DNA of 59,119 bases from positions 3,571 through 62,689 of the forward strand of contig CAYIEN010000004.1 of the NCBI GenBank assembly GCA_964362535.1, given 5' to 3'. A program made the position numbers and the translations under genes. Under the pieces are notes generated by a model. That model searched no databases. It saw only the letters and a list, made by a program, of their open reading frames with translations, and had not been told where the DNA came from. The stretch is from an uncultured Methanosarcinales archaeon (lineage in GTDB: Archaea; Nanobdellota; Nanobdellia; Woesearchaeales; ARS49). Shown one piece after another: positions 1-8,062 of the stretch; within the stretch, counting starts at the first letter, position 1; each line of letters begins with the position of its first letter.

Positions 1-86
1 ATAACCCATGTTGGCGATTTTCTTCAGCGTATCTTATAATACTTACCATCGAAACCTTTTTGAATAGAAACAAAGATACAGAATGC

Positions 87-521
87 ATGGCTTTGAAATT
101 TCCCGATTCTATGGAAGAATGTGTCTACTTCACAAGACGAGCAGACGGCACGTCAAAGAGCGTTACGTGGGTATTCAAGGAAAAGTGTCCGAAGTGCAAG
201 AAGGCATTCATGGGCAAGCCCGCGGAAGACGGTAAAGTAAAAATTCGAGCAAAAGAATACATTTGTCCGAGCTGTAAGCACACGGAAGAAAAGGAAGCGT
301 ACGAAGGTCAATTGACCGCAAACGTTCAGTACACCTGCGGTAAGTGCAGTCATGCGGGCGAAATCCAAATCCCGTACAAAAGAAAAACAGTCGGCGGCGT
401 GGAAGCGTTGGTCTTTGAGTGCGGCAAGTGCAAAGAACGCATTCTTATTACGAAGAAAATGAAAGATCCTAAGAAGAAGGGCAAGGCTGCTGAAGAAGAT
501 GCGGCTGATGACGACGATTAG
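87..521 (+). CDS. Multi-CxxC zinc-ribbon protein, acidic C-terminal tail (conserved hypothetical)
   Basis: Four CxxC pairs (CPKC, CPSC, CGKC, CGKC); ATG at 87 preferred over TTG at 60. Confidence 0.75.
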   Translation: MALKFPDSMEECVYFTRRADGTSKSVTWVFKEKCPKCKKAFMGKPAEDGKVKIRAKEYICPSCKHTEEKEAYEGQLTANVQYTCGKCSHAGEIQIPYKRKTVGGVEALVFECGKCKERILITKKMKDPKKKGKAAEEDAADDDD

Positions 522-572
522 TTATTTTTCTAGTTCAACGAATTTTTATACCTGTCTGAACTATTGCAGCGT

Positions 573-992
573 ATGGTACGAATAAATCTCGTTCATCCAA
601 AGCAGTTAGCTGATCAGCATTTGGTTGCGGAATACAATGAGATTTTGATGTTGGCTGCGTACATTAGAAAATATCCTGATCTAAAGAATATTCCAAAAAA
701 ATACTGTTTGGGCTTTGGTCACATGATGTTTTTCAAGAATAAGGTAGTTTACCTCCGACAAAGACATGAATTGTTGAAGGTCGAGATGAAACAAAGAGGT
801 TTTCGGACGGCTAAATCCATCAATCTTAACGTATTCAGAAAAGAGAACAAAGGGAAGTGGAAACCGGTCGCACAAGATGTAGTTGTCATCAAAAAAAGGA
901 TTCTTTCAAAGTTAAGACTAAAACCAACTTATTATAGATATTGTGGAAAATACCGACAGGTTGATTTTTTTATTGACTTGCTGAAAAATTGA
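573..992 (+). CDS. denV: Pyrimidine-dimer DNA glycosylase, T4 endonuclease V family
   Basis: MVRINLVHPKQLADQHLVAEY.E, LGFGHMMFF.NK..YL.QR..L..EMKQRGF and KPTYYRYCGK align by eye with T4 endo V (MTRINL...LADQHLMAEYRE...LGAGHVTFFYDK...RPTWYKYYGK). Confidence 0.9.
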   Translation: MVRINLVHPKQLADQHLVAEYNEILMLAAYIRKYPDLKNIPKKYCLGFGHMMFFKNKVVYLRQRHELLKVEMKQRGFRTAKSINLNVFRKENKGKWKPVAQDVVVIKKRILSKLRLKPTYYRYCGKYRQVDFFIDLLKN

Positions 993-1043
993 ATGCGGAC
1001 CACAGAAGGTCGATGTCGTAAATCTCGACGATGATGAGTAGTA

Positions 1044-1051
1044 TTTAAATA
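1044..1051 (+). promoter_or_regulatory. Archaeal TATA box for metG (probably leaderless mRNA)
   Basis: TTTAAATA ending 22 nt before ATG 1074; same spacing at 23929-23936, 50597-50604, 51284-51291 and 52460-52467. Confidence 0.65.
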
Positions 1052-1073
1052 CCCATTCTTGCTTTTAAAGAGC

Positions 1074-3047
1074 ATGCCAAAAAAGACGTTTTACATCACG
1101 CGGGCGATTGATTACCCGAATGGAAAGCCGCATGTTGGTCATGCGTATGAATTCGTTGTAGCTGACGCACTTGCACGATGGCACCGATTGGCGGGTGAAG
1201 ATGTGCATTTCTTGTGCGGCACGGACGAGCACGGCCAAAAGATTGAGCGAACGGCAAAGGCAGCAGGTAAAGAGCCTCAAGCATTCGTCGACCACCAAGC
1301 AAAATTCTTCACAGAATTAGGAAAACTTCTCAACGTCACCAATGATGACTTTATTCGAACGAGCGAAGAACGCCACACCAAGGCAGTCCAGGAGCTCTTT
1401 GAACTCTTGCAAGCCAAGGGTGACATCGAACTCGGAAAATATGAAGGTTTGTACTGCACGGGCTGCGAAGCGTTCAAGACCGACAAAGATCTCGTTGACG
1501 GCAAGTGCCCAGACCACAAGAAAGAGCCCGAAACAATCAAGGAAGAAAGTTACTTTTTCAAACTCTCCAAATACCAACAAAAACTCTTAGACCACATTTA
1601 CAGTCATCCTGACTTCATCCTGCCGAAAAGACGCAGAGACGAATTCATTAACCAAATTAAGGAAGGTCTGCACGACATTTCAGTTTCACGAACCTCAGTC
1701 AAGTGGGGCGTTCCGGTCAAAAGCAATCCAAAACATACCATCTACGTTTGGGTTGACGCACTTCCGAACTACATCACGGCATTAGGTTGGCCTGACGGCA
1801 AATTGTTCAAGAAGTTCTGGCCCGCGGACGTTCATATCGTGGGAAAAGACATCGCGCGATTCCACGTCATTATTTGGCCTGCGATTTTGATGTCGGCTGG
1901 CATCGAGCTTCCGAAATCGGTTCACACGCATGGCTTCATCAATCTCGCGGGCGAAAAACTCTCAAAATCAACCGGCGTAAAGGTCGACCCTGTAGAACTC
2001 ATTGACAAATATGGTGCAGATGCACTCAGATACTATTTCCTCAGGGAAGTTCCTGCGGGTGAAGATGGCGATTTTACGGAAGCAGCGTTGGTCGAGCGAG
2101 CAAACGCAGATTTGGCAGATGGAATAGGCAATCTTCTCAACCGTGTCTCGACCTTAGTCCACAAGAATTTCGGCGGCGAAATACCAACGCCAACAACGTT
2201 CCAAGCAGTCGACAACGACCTCATTGAACAATCAAAAATAGTCGATGCAGTCGACGCGTTGATGCGCGAATTTGAATGGCACAAAGCAGTCGAGAAAGTG
2301 TGGGACTTCATCCGTTACTGCAACAAATACCTTTCATTTACGCAGCCGTGGAAGCACACGGATGACAAAGACCGAATTGCGACAGTCTTGTACTCATTAA
2401 TAGAGTCGCTCAGAATCCTTTCCATCCTTTCAAGTCCGTTCATTCCGCACACGGCGGAAAAGGTAGCAATCCAACTCAGTCAAAAGATAACCAGCCTCAA
2501 AGACGCAGTTTTCGTCAAGACAACAAAGGGCAATCTCAAAGAAACAAAGCCAGCATTCCTCAAGCTCGAAATCATCAAGGAAGATCCGTTTGCGAAAATC
2601 AATCTCAGAGTTGCGGAAATCAAAGACGTTCAAAACCATCCGAACGCGGATAAATTGTACGTTTTGAAAGTGCACGTTGGCAACGAACACCGACAATTAG
2701 TCGCAGGCATTAAGGCATACTATAAACCTGAAGAATTAGTAGGGAAAAAAGTCATTGTTGTTTCAAATCTCAAACCCGCAACTCTCCGAGGTGTTGAATC
2801 CCAAGGAATGATTTTAGCTGCGGAAAAGAACGGTGTTGTTAAAGTGCTCGACCCTGGAACAGCAAACGTCGGCGACCAAGTAGTTGTAGACGGCATCACG
2901 CCAAAACAAGACCAAATCACCATCGATGACTTTGCAGCCATCACGTTAACCACGAAAAACAAGCACGTTGTCTACGGCGAACACGTTTTGAAAACAAAGC
3001 AAGGACCCGTAACGGTTGACTTGGAAGACGGCGCGAAAATCAAATAG
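1074..3047 (+). CDS. metG: Methionyl-tRNA synthetase with C-terminal Trbp111/OB tRNA-binding domain
   Basis: YPNGKPHVGH (HIGH), GTDEHGQK, single Zn knuckle CTGC..CPDH, YVWVDAL, KLSKS, C-terminal HPNADKLY/NLKPATLRGVESQGMIL. Confidence 0.97.
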   Translation: MPKKTFYITRAIDYPNGKPHVGHAYEFVVADALARWHRLAGEDVHFLCGTDEHGQKIERTAKAAGKEPQAFVDHQAKFFTELGKLLNVTNDDFIRTSEERHTKAVQELFELLQAKGDIELGKYEGLYCTGCEAFKTDKDLVDGKCPDHKKEPETIKEESYFFKLSKYQQKLLDHIYSHPDFILPKRRRDEFINQIKEGLHDISVSRTSVKWGVPVKSNPKHTIYVWVDALPNYITALGWPDGKLFKKFWPADVHIVGKDIARFHVIIWPAILMSAGIELPKSVHTHGFINLAGEKLSKSTGVKVDPVELIDKYGADALRYYFLREVPAGEDGDFTEAALVERANADLADGIGNLLNRVSTLVHKNFGGEIPTPTTFQAVDNDLIEQSKIVDAVDALMREFEWHKAVEKVWDFIRYCNKYLSFTQPWKHTDDKDRIATVLYSLIESLRILSILSSPFIPHTAEKVAIQLSQKITSLKDAVFVKTTKGNLKETKPAFLKLEIIKEDPFAKINLRVAEIKDVQNHPNADKLYVLKVHVGNEHRQLVAGIKAYYKPEELVGKKVIVVSNLKPATLRGVESQGMILAAEKNGVVKVLDPGTANVGDQVVVDGITPKQDQITIDDFAAITLTTKNKHVVYGEHVLKTKQGPVTVDLEDGAKIK

Positions 3048-3519
3048 TTTTTTGTTCCTCTAAAGTTGGTTTTGTACCCCAATAGTTTCGCCACTTGTCT
3101 AAGAAATAACCGTATGCGCGGCTCATGGTTGCGCCAATAAGTAGGCCGCAGGGCAATGCAATTTTTGCTTTGTCAAACGACGTGCCAGATAGCGCAAGAA
3201 TGGTTGAATAGACGGGCAATTGGTACGCGACACCAAATACTGTATCAAATGCGTTTTTCTTGAGGTTTGAGCTTTCAGGGGTTACGCCGAGCTTTTCTGC
3301 AGTGTAGTGGCGTAATGCACCTTGGGGTCTTGCAGTAAACAAATGAATTGCCGCGGCGCATGCGCGTGAAACCGCAACTTGTTTAGGAGTCATTCCGGAA
3401 GCAAATTCCGTCATCGCCATGAGTGGCATGTAAAATGTCCAAGATGCGGTAGTATCAACAATGTATTTTTTCAGCAGCCCTGCTTCCACGCGTTCCTCAA
3501 GTGTTTTCATGTTATTCAT
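3040..3519 (-). CDS. alaE: L-alanine exporter AlaE family membrane protein
   Basis: VDT..S...E..SGM...Q...SR, ARP.G..R, D......Q.PVY..IL...G and YGYFLD..R match E. coli YgaW/AlaE; start could also be 3510 or 3531. Confidence 0.8.
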   Translation of the reverse strand: MNNMKTLEERVEAGLLKKYIVDTTASWTFYMPLMAMTEFASGMTPKQVAVSRACAAAIHLFTARPQGALRHYTAEKLGVTPESSNLKKNAFDTVFGVAYQLPVYSTILALSGTSFDKAKIALPCGLLIGATMSRAYGYFLDKWRNYWGTKPTLEEQKTI

Positions 3520-3558
3520 TCGGAAAACCAAGTTTATGAGTGTGCGTTGTAGTGTGCG

Positions 3559-4752
3559 CTACTTCACTGATTTGACATCGAAAAGGCGAAGAATTTTCTC
3601 ATTGCCAAGCGGAGCGTATTCGCAGAAAACATGTCGTTGTGGTGATTTGACGCGCAAGGTGTTATTTTTCAAGTACATTACTAACTCATCAAGTGAGTGT
3701 TCATTAGGGATGGTGTGGAGGTCAGTCAAATCAGCTTCTTTATCGAGAAGCCATGCGGTGGTCGTGTCATTTGGGAGATATGGGGTAAGAGGAGTTCCAA
3801 CACAAATTGCGTTTTCTCCCGTTGGAGTGAAGACGAGAGTCACGGCATTTGTGAAACTTCTCTGCAGAGACCCAGAATGGCAGGAAAGGATGGCGAGTGG
3901 TTTTTCCGCGTTGAGTTTTGTAGGGATTATGTCAGTATCAGAACGCGTGTGTATGTAACAATAAAGGGTTTCCCGAGGAGACTCTCCCCCTCGAACAAGA
4001 ACGGAAAGACCATGCCCGTTCCATGCCACATCTCGCAAAATGAGTTTTGCATCAAGTCCATTGAGTGAAGGCAGGTCTTGAAAACGAATGACTAATTGGT
4101 CTTGCGGTTGGCCCGACGCGTCATACACAATGACATCTGGTTTGTCATCTTGCTCAAATGGTTTTTCGCGTGACTCGGTCCATGCAATAACGTTTCCATT
4201 GGAAATTTTGATGTTTCCTTGTGTGAACGCACGTTTTATGGTATTGCTCTGAGTGTCGTAGCACAAGATGGATGCTCCCTCGACATCTTCATCGACTGTG
4301 ATTGGTTTAGTGGTGCCATCGAGGAGGGAAGTGCCTTCTTGTTCGCGTATGCGTAGAGGTTCAAACCATAGTTCGTGGTCTGATGTCCAATCATAAATCC
4401 GGCGTACGTCTTGTATAACTGCTCGCTTTCCTTTTTGATTTTGAATTATGAGGGAGAATTGAGACAGATATGCGCAATATGTTGCGCCAGTGGTCATTTT
4501 TGCATCGCTTATTTTTTGATCATCTGAGATTTTTCGTATTTCTGCTCCAACGGCATTTTCTAGCAGAAAGAGACCATTCTCGGTTTGGTAAAGGACGCAA
4601 CTATTTCTGAGAGTTGCGGCATGATGTTTGTCATACTCTTTTCGGTTTGCGTAAGTGGAGTTGGTTTCTTCTCGGGTCAACAGAGTACTTAAGTTAGGTT
4701 CTCCTGCGCAGCCTGCGAGAAGTCCTGCAAGAAGTATTTTCGCGAGTTTCAT
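3559..4752 (-). CDS. Predicted lipoprotein, probable beta-propeller (TolB/WD40-like)
   Basis: Lipobox MKLAKILLAGLLAG-C; blade-like motifs DWTSD, AWNGHG, FTPTGE; ATGA overlap with the upstream gene. Confidence 0.6.
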   Translation of the reverse strand: MKLAKILLAGLLAGCAGEPNLSTLLTREETNSTYANRKEYDKHHAATLRNSCVLYQTENGLFLLENAVGAEIRKISDDQKISDAKMTTGATYCAYLSQFSLIIQNQKGKRAVIQDVRRIYDWTSDHELWFEPLRIREQEGTSLLDGTTKPITVDEDVEGASILCYDTQSNTIKRAFTQGNIKISNGNVIAWTESREKPFEQDDKPDVIVYDASGQPQDQLVIRFQDLPSLNGLDAKLILRDVAWNGHGLSVLVRGGESPRETLYCYIHTRSDTDIIPTKLNAEKPLAILSCHSGSLQRSFTNAVTLVFTPTGENAICVGTPLTPYLPNDTTTAWLLDKEADLTDLHTIPNEHSLDELVMYLKNNTLRVKSPQRHVFCEYAPLGNEKILRLFDVKSVK

Positions 4753-6821
4753 GGTTTCTCCGCGTTTTTGTATGCTCGTTCAAGAAGGTTTTTTTGGTCT
4801 TGTGTGAGTGAACTGCTGTTTTCCAATATGAAACGTGTCTCGAATTCGAGCATGTCTGCATTGTTTTTCTTTTGCAATCCCTTGATGATGGCGTCGACTG
4901 CAATTGTGAAATCGTTTGATTCTGCGGCGTATATCGCAAGCGAAATATTTGTTTTTACTCCTGTATCTGTTTCAGTTGCTTTTTTGAAATAGGTGAGTGC
5001 GGCTGCGTGGCTGTTCATTGTGTGAGTATCTTTGAAATGTAGGCTATATGCAGTGGCAATGCGTTCAAAGACGTCTGCTGTTTGTGCCCACTGAAGAGCA
5101 TTCTGGATGCTGCTTTCATCAAGTATTTGGGTCGTCTTATCATATGCTTTGTCAAGATAGGCTATTTTTATGAGTCCTTCGATTTTTATTTCAAGCTCGT
5201 CTCGGGTTTTTGTTATTTCTTCAAGGTGGGCTTTTGTTTCATCGATTTCTTTTTCAAGGACAGAGACTCGAGTGTTTGATTTGTATTGGTTGATTTCTTT
5301 CTGTGCTTGGTCGAGTTGCAGTTTGATTGCTTCTTTCTCCTGAATTTTGGTGTTGTATTCGGCAATGAGTTTTTCTTTTTCTGCAGTGCGGCTTTCAGTA
5401 TCAGAAGTTATCTTTTTGTCAAGTGCAGTTATTTGGTCGGCTTTCTCTTTTTCCGAGGCGGTTAAGGTGGTGATGGAGGCAATTTTTGTGGCAAGGTCAG
5501 TTTCCAGAGCGGTTTTTGCTGCGGCAAGTGCATCGTACTTTTTTTGTAGGTCGTCGCCTGCCTGTTTGTATTTAGTGCATTCTGTTTTCATGAATTCGTA
5601 TTCGGTGCGTGAAACTTTTTCAGGGTCAGCATTTATTTTTTCAATACGTTCCAATAACAAATTTTTCTCCTGTTCGAGAGATAGGTATTTGGTATTAGCT
5701 GAGTTCACTGCTGTGTTAAGCGCGAGTTGGTCATCTTTGATTTGTTTGTTGAGCTTCTGTTCCGCTGTTTCGCGTTCGACGTGAGCCAGTTCGGTTTGTT
5801 GCTGCAGTTTTTGTGTGAGTGTTTCGGCGTTTGCTGTTTGTTCGTTTGCGACTTTTTCAACGGCGTTTTTTCGTTCGTAGGTCAGAGAGGTGAATACTCC
5901 GCCAAGAAGGGTAGTTGCGGTGAGGAGGAATGTGAGTGATTTGAACCGCGAAGAGAGCTGTTTTTTTTCTATCAATTGCTGTGAAACCATTTTTGCTGAG
6001 CTTTCTTTTGCTTCGGCATGGGTTTTCTTGAGTTGTTCAATCTCGGCAGCGTGCTTTACCTGTGTTGAATCGTGCAGGGACTGGTGGTTGGGTAAGTCGC
6101 AGAGTGCGGATTCCATCTGATTGCGGGCAAGCGCACTGGCGGGATGTGTGGCAAGTGCATGGGCAATCGCGGCAAAGGACTGTTCTTTTTTACCCAATGC
6201 GCGGTACGCGCGGGAGGCTTCCAAATGTTGGAATTCAGTGAGTTTTTTTGTTTCGAGTGCGCGTTCGTATCCGGTGATGAGCATTTCATTTACTGCTTTG
6301 AAGATATCTTTCGAAATGATGTGCGCAGCAGGGGAAGGAGGGGTTGATTCTTCGTGTAACTTAATGAGGCTTGCTTGGAGAACAAGTAGGTCGAGAGGGG
6401 GTTCTTTCATGAGCTGCGTTGCTGACAGTAAGGACTCAAACTGCGTTTTTTGGTCTTTGAGCTGTGCTGCTGCTTGCGCTTTTATCAGGTACGCGTCTGC
6501 TTGTTTGTCAGGAAGAACGTCTCTGCCAAGTATTGAGTTCGCTTTTTCCATGGCGAGCGAGGGTTTGTCAGGTAGCGCTGTTTTGCCAATTTGTAGTTGA
6601 GTCGTTGTGAGTTCTAAGAGGGAATTTGGGTGTTGCGGATTGTCAATTAATGCTTTCAGCAGTATGTCTTCGATTTCGGTCAAGAACTTCGGCTCATCTT
6701 TTGCATTTTTTGGACCGATCATCTTCAGTTTCTTCACTGTTTTGTACAGTTCCTCCGCGGAATTGAGTTTTTCGTACTCGGCAGTTTCCTGAAGGAGTTT
6801 GATGACTTTTTCGATTTTCAT
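4749..6821 (-). CDS. TPR-repeat / single-TM / long coiled-coil / TPR membrane protein
   Basis: TPR-like helices (ALIDNPQH, AYLIKAQAA, AYRALGKKEQ, ALTYFKKA); TM LTFLLTATTLLGGVFTSL; about 240 aa E/K/Q heptad region. Confidence 0.65.
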   Translation of the reverse strand: MKIEKVIKLLQETAEYEKLNSAEELYKTVKKLKMIGPKNAKDEPKFLTEIEDILLKALIDNPQHPNSLLELTTTQLQIGKTALPDKPSLAMEKANSILGRDVLPDKQADAYLIKAQAAAQLKDQKTQFESLLSATQLMKEPPLDLLVLQASLIKLHEESTPPSPAAHIISKDIFKAVNEMLITGYERALETKKLTEFQHLEASRAYRALGKKEQSFAAIAHALATHPASALARNQMESALCDLPNHQSLHDSTQVKHAAEIEQLKKTHAEAKESSAKMVSQQLIEKKQLSSRFKSLTFLLTATTLLGGVFTSLTYERKNAVEKVANEQTANAETLTQKLQQQTELAHVERETAEQKLNKQIKDDQLALNTAVNSANTKYLSLEQEKNLLLERIEKINADPEKVSRTEYEFMKTECTKYKQAGDDLQKKYDALAAAKTALETDLATKIASITTLTASEKEKADQITALDKKITSDTESRTAEKEKLIAEYNTKIQEKEAIKLQLDQAQKEINQYKSNTRVSVLEKEIDETKAHLEEITKTRDELEIKIEGLIKIAYLDKAYDKTTQILDESSIQNALQWAQTADVFERIATAYSLHFKDTHTMNSHAAALTYFKKATETDTGVKTNISLAIYAAESNDFTIAVDAIIKGLQKKNNADMLEFETRFILENSSSLTQDQKNLLERAYKNAEKP

Positions 6822-8062
6822 TTTTTGGTTCCGTTCGTTTTCGGTTCAAGAGAGGTCCATACGCGATAGGTTTCAGGCGGCAGGTCAGTCCATGCGGAAA
6901 CAATGTTATTCGCAGTGGTTTTGGAGGAGTATTTAGCTAATTCCTCAGGAGATAGGCTAGTGGTGGCCGTGATTTCTTCAGTATCGATAAGTTTATTCTT
7001 TTTGATGAGCATGCGCACATATGGTGCCAGGGCTTCCGCAGAGAGTTTTTTTTTTATTTGCAACAATGATTCATTCGTTTTTTTGAGAAGTTCAGAGTCT
7101 GAAGCGAGAGGGAGTTGAGAATTATCAAAAAGGGAGCAGTATGCGTGTGATGCTGCGACGAAGGTGGGGAGTGTGGGTGCGGAGCAAACCATCTTTTCAA
7201 GGTTAAGCAGGTCTTGTTTTCGCGAAAGGAGGTGGAAATCGAATTCAGCGCTTCGCGCGTCACGGTATCGTTCTGAGGGTTCTTGGCGGGTGCAGCGGGT
7301 GAGGATGGCAGCGAATGGTTCGCGGTATTCTGAAGGGATGTTGATGAGTGATTGAGGATTGATTCCGTGGCCGTTTTCTGTTTTGGCAGAGGGCTTGGCT
7401 AAGAGTCCTGAACAGAGTCGTGAGATGAGTGTGCCTCCTGCGTAGACATCTGATGCTGCTGTTGCTTTGCTTCCTCGACTGCATTCCGGCGCGATGTAGC
7501 CAGGAGTTCCAAGTGTGCGGGTGAGGGTTTTCCCTTCCTGCACGGAGAGTCCGAAATCGATGATTCTGAGGTCGATAAAGTCTTCTTTGCGCAGTACGAC
7601 GTTTCCAGGGGCGATATCGCGGTGCACAATTCCTTTTCCATGGATTGCTGCCAGCCCTGAAAAGAACTGATGGGTGATGGTGTTGTAATCTCCTGCAGTT
7701 AGGTCTGAGGCGTATACTCTGACGAATTTATCAAGACCGAACGCCCCCTCGAAGTCATCCATGATTGTCCAAATGTCTCCGTTTTCCGTTACAAATGAGT
7801 CGTAAAATTTGATGACGTGGTCATTGCTGATCTTTTCCAGGCTTTTGATTTCTGCAGTTATTTGCGCGATTTCTTCAGCGGGAGAGTCTTGATTGTCGTA
7901 CTCAGGTGTTGCAAATTTAATGCGGAATTTTCCGGGACGGGAGGGGTGTGTTGCGATGAACTGCATGGTGCGTTCGTCTATGTACGAGATGACCTTGTAT
8001 TTGCGGCGGTTAAGGTCGAGTGTTGCTTGCGCATTTTCGATGGCTTTTGTGTGTCCGCTCAT
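6818..8062 (-). CDS. Hanks-type Ser/Thr protein kinase with C-terminal extension
   Basis: RIK lysine, EI..L, HGKGIVHRDIAPGN, IIDFG, GTPGYIAPE, SDVYAGG, P.ERY; canonical Gly-rich loop absent. Confidence 0.93.
   Translation of the reverse strand: MSGHTKAIENAQATLDLNRRKYKVISYIDERTMQFIATHPSRPGKFRIKFATPEYDNQDSPAEEIAQITAEIKSLEKISNDHVIKFYDSFVTENGDIWTIMDDFEGAFGLDKFVRVYASDLTAGDYNTITHQFFSGLAAIHGKGIVHRDIAPGNVVLRKEDFIDLRIIDFGLSVQEGKTLTRTLGTPGYIAPECSRGSKATAASDVYAGGTLISRLCSGLLAKPSAKTENGHGINPQSLINIPSEYREPFAAILTRCTRQEPSERYRDARSAEFDFHLLSRKQDLLNLEKMVCSAPTLPTFVAASHAYCSLFDNSQLPLASDSELLKKTNESLLQIKKKLSAEALAPYVRMLIKKNKLIDTEEITATTSLSPEELAKYSSKTTANNIVSAWTDLPPETYRVWTSLEPKTNGTKK

Noticed and set aside
4749-6821. SMC/Rad50 or tape-measure protein
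   Set aside because: No Walker motifs and no phage context; has a TM helix and TPRs
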